From Lepidodermella squamata (taxonomy: Eukaryota > Animalia > Gastrotricha): 64,000 nt of DNA. Positions 1 through 11,624 of the stretch are shown piece after piece. The DNA lies in NCBI GenBank assembly GCA_047495785.1, contig JBLDXI010000007.1, positions 1,302,001 through 1,366,000 on the forward strand, read 5' to 3'. The position numbers and the translations under genes are program-made. Position 1 is the stretch's first letter. Every line of letters begins with the position of its first letter. Under the pieces are notes generated by a model that had not been told where the DNA came from, ran no database searches, and worked only from the letters and a program-made list of their open reading frames with translations.

Positions 1-40
1 TATTATCAATTGAATATTGCGAATTTCCGTCGAATTTTCA

Positions 41-1502
41 ATGGAGATCACTTTTGATATTGGCGACCTGGGCCTCGGTGCTCTCGCTGACGGCTCCGTG
101 GAAGTGAAAGAGCGCGAAGAATCCGATCCAATTCGACTTCTCGAACGAGAACTTGATGCTGATATCGAAGAAGAAGAATCCGATGAAGAGGGTGATACGT
201 CGGAGTTCATTCAAGAAGTCGAAAATTTCGTGGCTGGTTTTGAAGCAAACGGCACAGCTCAGAAAACCAAGCAGCACTGGAGCCGATTTGTCGCATTTGT
301 CGAGCAGCGATTCCACATTTCGGAGCAACTATTAGTTGAACTTACGGTCAAGGATATGGATCTCTATGTCGCTCTTTTTCTCAAGCAGTTGACGAAGACT
401 GATGGTAGCGCGATGGAGCCGACGACGATTCGAGGCATTTATTCCTCCATCATTCGCCATCTCCGCGATGTGACGAAGAACGAAATCAACTTCACCATGG
501 CGAGAGTCGATTTCTTCTATAGCATGAAAATGCTGAAATCCAAGTTTGTCGAATCTAAGCGTGCTGGAAAGGGAAATAAAGCCCGAGCATCTGAATGCCT
601 AGAACGAGAAGATATTGATAAAATGCGTGAGGCGAAAACGCTGATTGATGACACGCCAATCGGTTTGATCACGATGCTGTGGCTGGTTTTCACCGTGTAT
701 TTCGGTCTTCGTGGCCGTGATGAACATCTACAAATGAAGTAGGTTGTTGGATTGCCATTGAAAAATTGTTAAATTGGCCGTTTTCAGGTTTGGTGATGTC
801 CAGCTAAAAACCGAATCTGGAGGTCGCAGGTATCTCGAATTCAACGAGCGACAGACTAAAACCAGGAATGGCGAATCAACCCACTCAAAACTGGCACCAC
901 GAGCATACGAGAACGGTGGCTTTTTCTGCCCGGTTCGATTGTTCCTTATTTTTTGTGCAAAACGACCGGGAAAGTTTTCGCGCCCGAGTGACCCAATGTA
1001 TGTTGGTTGCCTGACCCGATTTCGACCCGACGGCCTCTTCTACAAATGCCAAAATTTGGGCAAGAACCCCCTTGGATCGCTCCTCAAGGACGCCGCTGTC
1101 GGTGCTGGTATTACCAAACGAATCACGAACCACTCGGCTCGAAAGTTTCTCGTCTCAACCCTCTCTGAACTCGGTGTCGATTCTCGAAAGATCATCCAGA
1201 TTACTGGTCATGCATCGGTCGATTCTCTGAACAGTTACCACAAACTCAACACCTCTGAACGACGAAGTATCAGCGACAAACTGGCTGTCGGTTTCGGTGA
1301 TGGACAATCAGCTGCAGTTTCGGGTGTGTCTGCACAAGAGATCAAGCCAACCGAAGGATTGGTGGTGGCCGAGTCGCATTTCTCGCAAACGCTGCTGCTT
1401 CGAAACGTCGAAAATGACCCGCGCGATGAGCCACCCGTAAAGCAAGCTAAACCCATGCCGATCTTCAATTTCTCGAATTGCTCCGTCGTTATTAACAATT
1501 AA
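41..1502 (+). mobile_element. Crypton-type DNA transposon tyrosine recombinase (DUF3504/ZMYM-KCTD1-like), 2 exons (41-738, 788-1502)
   Basis: ORFs 17..742 and 774..1502 join in frame via a 49-nt GT-AG intron 739-787 (AA|gtag...ttttcag|G gives LQMKFGDV). YR catalytic set present: R in GLRGRDEH, K in TKTRNG, HSAR, TGH, SY. Element ends not identified. Confidence 0.85.
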
Positions 1503-2719
1503 TCCGGCCCAAACACTTGTTTTAAAGTTTAAACATTCTAATAAAGGTTATTCACTTGTTCACTCGTTTGGTCAGAGTCTGAAGGTTGTAGTAAAGGGAC
1601 TGGGAACGGAAATTGAAGTTGTGCAACATTATTTCAGGTGAGAGGTTTTCCCGAATTTTCGAGAGCATCAATTGATTTTCGAAAATAAAAAATCCACCCT
1701 AATCGTTTGAGCGGGCAGGAACAGCGGGCAGAAACATCGGGCAGAATCACTTTTTCCGTCTAGGCAAAAAATAACCAACTGGGCAGGAACACTACTTCTG
1801 AATCGTATTTTAGCCTCAATCATAGGAGAAACACTTTTCCTATATCGTTGACTCATGCCCGCATTGTTATAACAATGAAAAAAAGCCATAACCGTATTAG
1901 GCAATTCAAAGGTTATTTCCAACTGAACTGCTGTCCTAACGCTTTTTGCTGTTAATTAAGCCAATTTCTTGTATTTTTAATACGATTTTACGCTCTCAAA
2001 GCCAGGTTGGTTGAACCAATTCTTTACGTAGACCTGGTGTTGCAGAGCTATGCAAAGTCTCGCCGACCTGCATCATCGACTCAGACATGTCTAAGATTTT
2101 CAGTTTAAGACGCGTCATGCGCCTCGACTACTGCGAAAGAGTTATTTTCGCTTCTCTTCCCGGAATGCTGAAAGATATTATGTCACTCTTTCTTACTCTA
2201 AACTTGATAGAACTAATCAAGACCGAACTCAAGATCTTACCCCTAATTTTGATGAGTCTGGGGCGAACACAGTGAACACAGAGTCTGTGTTGAAGGCATG
2301 CAAAATAATGAAATTTTTCAATGCACCTGAATTAGCGAAACTACGCATCAAAAACGATATTTACAGAGAATTTCAAGAAACTTGAGAATACTATTTTGAA
2401 GAATCCCCTTGAAATTCCTTAGCGCAGCCACTTTTGCCCGAAGCAGAGAAAAATTTCCCGTCGGTTGAACTCAGCGACGTGGTGAGAAGAAACATTTTGA
2501 CAACATTTTATTTCCTTAAAAAAATAGGCTACGTTACATTTTCGCAGTCTCGGTGAAAATTAGCTTTGCTTGTCAGGATTTCAGACATCAGACATGCTCG
2601 AAATTCGATGATTCCATGATATAGCCGATACGTTGCCTGGATGATCATCTGCTTCATTCAACTTTCAACTCTCTTCACCTTTCTTGAATTTGTTAGCATT
2701 TGGTCATGGTAGAGAGAAT

Positions 2720-5131
2720 TCACGGGATTTGTCTTGAAAATAAGCACTTCACGAATGGGTAACAGGTAGTCAAGCTTAAACCCAGGGAATAGATCAGAAC
2801 TGATACAGCAACAATAACTTGTCTGAGCACTCCAGGTGTTACGATGGAAACAGCGCCGAAAGCACATCCGTAGAGAGAAGCTGCAAAAACAATAGCTCCT
2901 TGAAAATAACGCAATTCGTGCATAGATTTTGCTCGATTGTTGTGGCGCAGTTTCAATACACATACGATGCCTAGGATCAACGGAATAGCATTCAAGCCGA
3001 ATAAAGCAGCCGCCCACAGTTCACCCTCATAGCCGCTAGCCCCGCTTTCGCAGATTGTGACTACGTACGTCGAGTAAGTATCACTCAATTCATCGTATAC
3101 CTGGCTGCCAATTTGGACCTCGACAGCTTTTAAGGGGTCAGATATCAACCACGCCATTAAGATGCTCAAATTTACAACCAGGAAGCATATTGAAGGTATA
3201 AGTACCTCACGGTTGTTAGTTTGGATTAGATGACGAGCAATAGGCATCACATTTGATACTGACGAATATCTCTTAGAAGTAGCTGAAGCTTTCGGGGTTA
3301 CAACTGAAACACTTCCGACTGGATTTTTAGCCATGGTTTGTAGTTGTTGAGCCAATCCTTGTGACGATCCACGTTGAAACGAACTGACGCTGTGATTGCC
3401 TAGCAAAGACCTCTTGTGAAGATTCCAATAAACACGAAAAAGGACCATGCTCATGCATCCATGGAGTAGTGATATTCCAATAACAAGCGTAACAGCTCTG
3501 GTGACGCAAGATCCGTCAGGAGAAGCGAGATTATTCGGAAAAATAAACGCAAAAGCCGCCCCGTTCAAAACTACGGCTGAGATCAGAACAGTCAAACTGA
3601 CGGCTGCGATTGGTTTTTCACGGTCATTAGTATCTTTTATAGAGATTTTAAAGATGATGGATACCTGAAATATTGTGATTACAATTGTCAATCCTGATAC
3701 TACGCCGAAAACTTGCCACGATACATCAATGTAGAACGTTTGTTTCAACGCATTATCCCGTGGGAAATTCCACGGATATCTATTTTCGATGGGTCTAATT
3801 TCCTAAGAGTCTGCCTGGTCCGCAGAAGCATTTTCGCGGCAGGAAACTTTGCCAAGTAGTTGGAAACCAGCTTCGGGAGACCAGGAAGCGATTATCTGGG
3901 GCTCACCGTCATATTCCAGTCGCTTTGAATAGCGGAAACGACCATGTCGAAGGTTCCAGAAGTCGATATCAGCCGCACTTTTATTCGTTGCCATCATCAC
4001 CTCCCGAGGGAACTGCCGATAGTCTCGCAGAGAAAGATTTTGCTTCGCCAACAATTTCTCTGCTCCATCGAGAATCAAAGCTCCCTGGAGAGCTCTATCG
4101 TAGCACATATGACGAAAGTCGTAGTCAGGGGATCGGAAGCCATTGGTATATTTGTCAAACAGAGCTTCAAACTCTCGAACAGTGTGGCCCAAAATCGTTC
4201 GGTCGGTGCTGTTTTCACGCCCTGTGGCTTCATTTGCTATCCCTATGTATAAAGCTCGCCTGGATTGTTCGAAAACCATTTCTTTCGTACAACCAGCAGG
4301 TAATGCTTCCGCCACAATGGTATCGGGCTGCACGTAAGAAGTATACTGAAATAGAAAGAAGTACTTGGGACCCCTGATCCCAGCCCGGTAGGTTTGACAA
4401 AGGAATCTGAGCCCTGAGCCTCCTTCGGCAGCTTCGTGGGTGAAAATTCTGACGTCCAGCTTTTTTATTTGAGCCATAACTTCGTCGTTGAAATCAGGAC
4501 TGGCCTCGAACGAAACAACTTCAAAACCTTCATTCGTTGCAATTCTGTGGAATATCAGGGCAGTGTCGTAGTTGTGAGGATTGCCATTGAGGTTCATAGT
4601 CACAGCGATTCTACGCCAATGGGTCATTTTCTTGATAAAATGCATTCTCGCATACAGTGACAACTCTGCAGAGCATCTGGGCCTATACATGTTCGGATAC
4701 AGCGAACGCTTAGCCACAAGAAAGGGTGCAGTACACGATGCAACAAGGCCTACCATGTTGAAGTGTTGCGGCATCGTTCCCCAGCTTTTGCACCCGCCGG
4801 CGAAGAGTGGGCCCAGATGTAATGGAGCCGCAAGCAAACTTTGATCTGAAACTTCTTCCATTCGTCGGATAAATTCTATAGCAGCTTTCGGAACGAAAGT
4901 GCCACCCGGACCTTCATTAGCAAAGTCGAGCTCGAGTCTGTAGTCGGGTAGCAGGTCCGTTCTGTTGTTGATTATTTCGATTGTCATCTCTTGAGCGGCC
5001 TTGCACAGCATGTTGTCCCGAGGCTCGAAACCGGTGAAAGCGTTTATGGAAAGCATGGACATGCGGTAAGGCTTCACAACCGACTGAGCTTCAGTAAGTT
5101 TTAGATTAATTAGAAAAAGAAGTTGCAGCAT
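2720..5131 (-). CDS. Intronless class C GPCR, GABA-B receptor-like (Venus flytrap + 7TM, no Cys-rich domain), interrupted by one in-frame TAG at 3803-3805 (possible pseudogene)
   Basis: Signal peptide MLQLLFL.. (ATG 5131); ANF-receptor motifs (INNRTDLLPDYRLEL, YPNMYR, DVRIF, LCQTYRAGIRGPKY); ORF 2720..3748 is in the same frame and has 7 hydrophobic helices and the W-ISDPL motif. Confidence 0.8.
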
Positions 5132-5466
5132 CCTATGTCGATTAAAGTCTAGTGTGGATCTCTCTTTCAAAAGCTCTTGTGAAAATTATGATATGTGAAA
5201 ATGAATTGATTTGTTTAAGGACGAAAATCGATACCTTGCAGATTTTGAAAACTATTTCTGCGCACTATCATTCGCAATATGAAACTCTAATGTGGCTTTT
5301 TTACATTTTGTGCGGGAGAAATAGGTGGTTTGAACCTTTGCCAGACATCTCATTGGACTGCCTTCCGTCTTAGAGATGCTCTCGATGAACTATCATCAGA
5401 CCTATGCGACTTCCGGTGAGGAAAACTACGCAAATTCTCATCATTCGAACCGAAGGATTTTTTACT

Positions 5467-6820
5467 TTAGAAATTTGATTGACAAAGGGCTCCTTCTGTT
5501 TGAATATTACAAGGCAACTGGTCGAATATAGATTTGGTCACAGATCGAAGGCATGTTTCGCCAAGGTAAGAACTGGATGCACAGCCGATGTTGCTAGGGA
5601 ATGAAACTAGATTTCGAGTTTCGTGGAAGATCCAAGTAACTAAACTGAGGTCAGCTTTAGTTCCGGATAGAACCCATCGATAATCTTCGAAGTTGCCAGT
5701 ATAGGATTTGGCTCCGAGCCAGTAACCACCGACTCTTTCGCAGGATTGCCAATCCCCAGGGTCGTGATACCAAAGATCGAGTGATGACTGGACAACATCT
5801 ATCAGTCGAAAATTATTCAGAATTTGGAAAAGAAAATCCACCTTAAATAATTACCGGAGCTTGAAAAGGCGTAAATTATCTCGAGAAATGAATTGAACTC
5901 AGCCAATCTTCCGCCTTTTGCCGAGCAATTATTCTGAGCTTCCCTCCAATTCATCCATCCAAGCACCGTAAAGTATCTAAGCCCCGGAACTAGTGGCAAA
6001 AAATTAGGATTTTACGGGGAAAATCTGTACGCAAACCTGGTGGAAATCGGCTCGTAGTACCTAAATATTTTTAAGATGTTTATAATATTATTTCCCCCGG
6101 AAATTAATGTTTACCCAACGGATTTGAAGTAGTAAAAGAAGTGGTACACGATAAAGATTCACATATAACACCGTCGAGCTTAGCGTTGCAGTTGACAACG
6201 TTCCATAACTTTGTCTGGCTGTTGATTTTCACGCAAACAGTTCCGAACGGATCGAAAGCTCCAGCACATTCGAGAGCTGGCGAGCTGATAACATCGTTGG
6301 TTTGATTAAGGTATAAAAACGCGAGTTCAGAGCCGTCGTCGTGCCGGAAGGTAACATTAACCACACTGGCTGTTCCACTTATCCAATAGCCGCCGCACGA
6401 CGACGAAGGGTCACTCCAAGTCTGACCTAGAAAAACAATAAATTATTGCTCATAAAGTAGGTCAAATGATTAATCACGAATTAACGGCGCGACAAGGATT
6501 AAATCGTCGGTATTGATAAATCTGGCTAGACGTCCTCTCCGATCCTGGCATTTTTGGTCAGCTTCAGCTCTTGTAATTCGACTTTTGAACTGAATCCTAA
6601 AATACCGATTACATGAATCGTTCGTTCTTTCGAAAATTTCTAAAAAATTACAAAATTATCGGTAAATTCCCTAATAGAAGTTTCTGTTTGATTACAAACC
6701 ATCCGGAATTAAGGTGTCGGAGGTTGGCTGCAGCTTGAGAACTGTTACAACTGTTACAATTGTCGGGATAACCAGTGGGAATAACGGCCACAATGGCCCG
6801 GCTAGCAAGACGGGCAACAT
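5467..6820 (-). CDS. Multi-exon C-type lectin domain protein (two CTL domains)
   Basis: CTL motifs across small exons: MNWREAQNNCSAKGGRLAEF, GYWLGA, YWISG, WNVVNCNAKLDGVICE, LPCNIQTEGALCQ; hydrophobic N-terminus from ATG 6820. Exon boundaries approximate. Confidence 0.7.
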
Positions 6821-7193
6821 CGCACTGGTTCGCGCATTTATTTTATTGATGATGAATGATGACGAGTTGGAACTCTCATAAACATCATTTTATAAAAGCC
6901 ATCATAAAGCTTTTTCCTATAGCGTGTTTGCTCAGTCGCTCCTTAATAGATGGGATGGATGCTACCACTTCAGCCCTATCTCACTTCAAGAAAACAACAA
7001 TTGGTGTACCCGTTGAAAGCGTGAATTGCGGTCATTTTATTCTGGGATAGCCATATAATATTTCAAGAGAGAGATACCGATTTATTGGTGGTCTGCGTTA
7101 CATAATTCTTAGTAACATTGCCTTTAAGACACAGAGATATGAATTAATTAACTTCAGTATAGGTGATATTTCTTAATAATAAGTATTGGTTAT

Positions 7194-7400
7194 TTATCGT
7201 TGGTTGGAATATAGATGGTGGTGAAGAATTCGAATACTGTCTTTGAGGGCCTGTGAAGCGATATCGATGGCTGTGCCGGCGTTGATTCCATAATCGCGCA
7301 GAAGTTTTACGGCTTCTGTTGTCAGGGATCCGCGGGCACCAATGTATAGTCCATGTACTTCTAAATGTAAATTCTCAATAAAGGACGGTAGGTTAAAACG
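7194..7400 (-). mobile_element. 5'-truncated 3' end of an RLE-type non-LTR retrotransposon (R2/NeSL-like)
   Basis: EVHGLYIGARG...LRDYGI...ALKDSIRILHHH resembles the C-terminal tail of restriction-like endonuclease ORFs; begins abruptly next to an AT-rich tract. Confidence 0.6.
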
Positions 7401-7600
7401 GGTTAAATGTAGCATTTTTATTTATAATCATTATAAATTAGTGATAGTATAAATAATAATAGTAATAAGTATTATTTATAATTTATTAATTTTATTTATT
7501 TATAGTGGAATCAAATCAATTAATATATTAATATATTATATATTAATTTTTATATTTTTATTATTATAATATATTAATCAATTAATAAATAAGCGGATCA
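7400..7600. repeat. AT-rich low-complexity tract
   Basis: Almost exclusively A/T sequence. Confidence 0.7.
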
Positions 7601-7748
7601 TCTAAATTTGCTTTGAAAATTATTATATTCTTTCTAAATCGTTTTTAACTTCAACAACGTCGGCGATGAAGTGTTCAAGAGAAATCCTTATTGGGTTTTT
7701 TTGCGTTTGATTTATAAATTTGGTTCCACTACAAAATGCTAAAATTAA

Positions 7749-8207
7749 TTAACCTTTTGGTCTATTTTGTCTACGTTTTTTTCGCCTATTGCCCAAAAGG
7801 GTTTTTTTGCCGTAGAGTAAAGCTCGCATATCGGCGATTTCCATAACGATAAGATAGGGTCTATCGTAATCCACCGCATAGCCATTGATATTAATATGTT
7901 GCTGTTCTAGGAAGTAGTAATTCTCGTAAATCATCACGTGCCACATTGTGTCAGGATATTTCTTCTTGAAAATGTCGGCCAAATTTCTAGCCATTGGGTT
8001 GCCTCGCGGCCCGTAATCGCCGGTTGATGCGGTGTACGCTGAATAATAGGCATTTTTCGCTTCTCGAACCATCAAATCATCCATGTTATCGTCCACCTCA
8101 ACGATTCGAACGTCCTCCGAAAAAGCGCCGTACTGGTAAGGTTGGCAACTAATTGAAGCTGTAGAAATAACCGTTAGCAAACTGACGATTAGTAAGTATT
8201 TAGTCAT
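7749..8207 (-). CDS. Secreted protein with dynein light chain (LC8)-like domain
   Basis: Signal peptide MTKYLLIVSLL..; MARNLADIFKKKYPDTMWHVMIY resembles LC8 [22 protein letters not shown]; basic C-terminal tail. Confidence 0.55.
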   Translation of the reverse strand: MTKYLLIVSLLTVISTASISCQPYQYGAFSEDVRIVEVDDNMDDLMVREAKNAYYSAYTASTGDYGPRGNPMARNLADIFKKKYPDTMWHVMIYENYYFLEQQHININGYAVDYDRPYLIVMEIADMRALLYGKKTLLGNRRKKRRQNRPKG

Positions 8208-8842
8208 TGCAGACAAATATCGAATGCTTAGTATGGCGTATGTTTCTTTGACTCACAATAAGAATCGGAATTTCCGAAGAAATTATGCACTATTGCATCA
8301 TGCGCGAAATTGCATCGGCAAATGAAGATGTTGGCACGAGGAGCGAAGTTAGGATGACTAATAAAACGCGCACGTGTGTGAAAATGAAAAATATTACAGG
8401 ATGAATAAGTGCGCATGCGTGTTGTTTTGAGATAATGAAACATATTATTACGGCGCGATTTTGAAGATGAATATACTCCCGAATTGGCCCAATTCATGAC
8501 AACTGTTCGTAATTTCTGATTCATATTTATTATCGAAAACTCATAAAAGGTACATGCTTGATTTTTGTCGAATAACGGATTCCCATTATGAATAAAATAA
8601 ATATTATTATTATAATTATTCGGCGGTAATAAAAATTCCATTGGCAATTGAAACTAATCCTGTTTTGCGCGCACTAAAGTGAAATCTACTGGAACCAAAA
8701 TTAGACGCGCAGTGAAAAATGTAAAAAAAACCCCGACAGTACCTAGAAGATTCGTGGATAAATTGAATATTCGAAAACCTGAAATTTCCGATCATTAAGT
8801 TTTATTCCAGTTCTCCCTTGGTTGCGGTATATCGTTAGCGAC

Positions 8843-9015
8843 GTTGAATAACTCGGATTTAGACTTTTTTACTTCCATTTCAAGTTGATAGGTGACAGTG
8901 ACAGGTAAAAAAGTCTTTTGTTTTTGCCTCTTCATTCACGTTAAAAAGCCGCCTTTTTACTTGTCACCCGCGCCCTTCAACCGGATATAAAAAGCCTAAA
9001 TCCGAGTTATACAAC
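8843..9015. mobile_element. MITE-like element
   Basis: Inverted ends gttgaataactcggatttagacttttt / aaaaagcctaaatccgagttatacaac. Confidence 0.55.
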
Positions 9016-9224
9016 TAAGGATATTATTTTGAATTCTTTCCCATGCCATGTCCATTTATTTCCGAAAATTGTTGTACAAATTTAAGGTAAGGCGTTCGGT
9101 TAAAATAATTTATTCTCTCCTCTTCATCACTGGTAAAAAAAATGAGGAATAAAGATCAAGACACCGGTACGTAAAACAATGAAAGTCAATTCAACAAAAT
9201 AGTAAAATTTTGAAAGGCGCCGGG

Positions 9225-9641
9225 TTAGGATTTCGCCACGTCTTGTCGGAAAACAAGCGCCATGTAATCGCCGATTAGCATAGAAATCATGTATGGGTTC
9301 CGATGCGAGTATGACGCGCCGTTCGGAATTTTGAACTCGTAGACAAACGCCTGCCAGTTGCCGCTCGGGAACATGCGTTGCAGATCAGTTGTTATTTGCC
9401 GCGCAATCGTATTGCCCTGCATTCCGAACTGAGCATAGGCGTTGGTGAAGGAATTCAACGCCGCAACTTCCATATCGCCCGGAAAATTCGCATCTGCGCT
9501 CCATTTGATCGCCTTTTGTGGTGATGCTGCTTCGGGTGCCTGCAGCTCAACATCATCCTGCTCGGGGATGGGCCCGCTTAGAACGAGTGAAGAAGAAATG
9601 ACCAAAACGGTCAAGGTTAAAACTAGCGTAAAAGCAGTCAT
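9225..9641 (-). CDS. Secreted protein with LC8-like domain (paralogue of 7749-8207)
   Basis: Signal peptide, acidic linker, then DMEVAALNSFTNAY...IARQITTDLQRMFPSGNWQAFV...IGDYMALVFR; shares PY-I-M-I-D--AL with the neighbouring gene. Confidence 0.6.
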   Translation of the reverse strand: MTAFTLVLTLTVLVISSSLVLSGPIPEQDDVELQAPEAASPQKAIKWSADANFPGDMEVAALNSFTNAYAQFGMQGNTIARQITTDLQRMFPSGNWQAFVYEFKIPNGASYSHRNPYMISMLIGDYMALVFRQDVAKS

Positions 9642-10022
9642 TATTGTTTGTTTTTAATTTGCAAAGGAATGCCGGAAATGTGGCTTCTTAAATACTCGCA
9701 GACGTTAAATGTTGGGAAATTATTCATACTACACATGCTCGCACCACTGCAGACGGGTAGGTGTGGAGACGATTCATTGTTTTAGCGATAAGAAAGTGCG
9801 TCAATTTAGTTTTTTTTAATTAATTTGGTGCGCACTTGGCACAGATGAAGGCCGGAAGTTATTACCGATAAAATGTGTTTTCCTAAGAAAAGTTTTGTAC
9901 CATAGCAAAGGTCAGCCAAAAAATCCGTTAATAGCAGCTATTAATAAAAACGATTGCTGTTATAAGCATTTTTAAGGTGCATTTTTTTATTTTTATCGCT
10001 AAATTGAAAAAATAGACGTTTT

Positions 10023-10865
10023 TTACGCATGTGTAATAGCTGTTGTTCTAGTTAGAGGATCCATCTCATAGAAGTCGTTCGGTGTATCGTCCTTCGAAGG
10101 ATTTCGCCGCCGCGCCGGCTTACTCGCCGGCACTTCCTCCATCAACCTATGGCCACTTGAATGTTGGACGAAATCAGCTTGCATGCAAAAAATCCTTCTA
10201 ACAACTTGCCGGAAAGCTTGGTGTTGCCTATAGGAATGAGTCGCGAAATACGCCATAACGCCTAGGACTAGTAAGACCAAGCAAATAATGCCGGCGACAA
10301 CTCCTTTCATCAACAGTTTGCCAGAGCTGTCGGTCGATGTTTTGACGGCCTGGGCGAATAAAGTGCTTTCTAGGTCAGAACTTGGGATGTCGCAACGCTC
10401 GCCAGTGAAAAGTGGGTCACACGCGCACATTATGACCCGTTCGTTATGACCGTTGCCCCTTATTGCTAGCACGTAGCAATGGCCGTGATCGCAGTCTCTT
10501 TTCTTTGTTTCATACGCCGAGCACGTGTCTTTGAAGACCTGGGCTTGAGTGCTAGGTAGCGACGTGATGTTATCCCAGAAGGTTGATGATTCATTCTGCG
10601 TCTCGTCGATCAACGTCGTTGTCGCTATCGGCGGCGCGGCGGATGTGGTTTCAGGCAAATCTCTGATGTCGACCGTGAACGGCCAAGCATTTTCAGGCGG
10701 CATTAACGGGGCGAAAAAACTCGACCCGCCATTTGCGGTGTTGTCAATCATTCGGTAATGAACAGCTTGCCGCGAGAAAAGGTTTTGAAAGCAGAAATCT
10801 GACAAAAATGACGCATTTGTCGAGGCAATGATTGCCAATAGGATTTGAGCTAAAAAAGGTGACAT
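10023..10865 (-). CDS. Single-EGF type I membrane protein, EGFR-ligand-like (TGF-alpha/spitz-like)
   Basis: Signal peptide MSPFLAQILLAIIASTNA, Thr-rich stalk, EGF C-X9-C-X4-C-X16-C-X-C-X8-C ending FTGERC, TM GVVAGIICLVLLVLGVMAYF, cytoplasmic tail. Confidence 0.75.
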   Translation of the reverse strand: MSPFLAQILLAIIASTNASFLSDFCFQNLFSRQAVHYRMIDNTANGGSSFFAPLMPPENAWPFTVDIRDLPETTSAAPPIATTTLIDETQNESSTFWDNITSLPSTQAQVFKDTCSAYETKKRDCDHGHCYVLAIRGNGHNERVIMCACDPLFTGERCDIPSSDLESTLFAQAVKTSTDSSGKLLMKGVVAGIICLVLLVLGVMAYFATHSYRQHQAFRQVVRRIFCMQADFVQHSSGHRLMEEVPASKPARRRNPSKDDTPNDFYEMDPLTRTTAITHA

Positions 10866-11624
10866 TTTGAGATCTATGAACGACATTGAGCTGGGGATTT
10901 CAGCGAGTTGTGTTATGGCTTTTATATCTGAATGTGGGTATGAAGTTTTATCAGCGACGTAGGTGGTGTGTCGTAGGAAGGAGCAGTGAATTCTACTCGG
11001 CACGCACACAGTTTACTGTAAAACTGAGCGCGATAAGATATTCAGCAGGGAAATAGCCCCCATAGCGATAATAAAGGCTATATGTTGGCTACTTGTGCTA
11101 CTAGAGACCCTGGGCTGGTCAGCGTTTTGTATCGTTATCTTGTGGTATAGAGTTTTAATTGATAGAGAAAACAAGGTTTCTTGTTTGAATCATGAAATGC
11201 AAATGAACAAGGGCAGCTATATAGGTAAAATAGGAAATAAATAGACAACTAAAAAGTGAAACATAGTATTCAAGGCATTTCAGGACACAGCAACACTTTA
11301 ATTGACAAAATGAGGCGGGAATTTTTTTGCATTTGGCACGTGACTCGAGACTCATTTTTTCCTAAATTTTTCTATTTTTTGGCGATTCACCTACGAAACT
11401 GCGAAAAAGAGCATTTTTGCATGCAAATGGGAAGAATTTTTAGTAAATCTGTCAACACAGGCTCGAACTTAGCTTGTCGGACTTTTCGAACTATACCAGA
11501 CTTTTTTCCAAAGCTTTAATGGGTTTTAATTTGCGTCAGTTTTCCTCGATTCATAACGCCTTATCAACTAAAACAAAAAACACTCCTAAAATATTAAAAA
11601 TGAGTCACGAGCTATAGCGATAAC

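Noticed and set aside
1-1502. Phage integrase / prophage
   Set aside because: Has a spliceosomal intron and Crypton-type motifs; no phage genes nearby.
3803-3805. TAG reassigned to a sense codon (in-frame TAGs in the GPCR and near the nuclear receptor end)
   Set aside because: Canonical H3 ends exactly at a TAG (47762-47764), and the RING gene also ends at TAG, so TAG is a normal stop.
8228-8647. 139-aa ORF as a gene
   Set aside because: Non-ATG start, AT-rich, Asn/Phe-biased, occupies the promoter region of the LC8-like gene.
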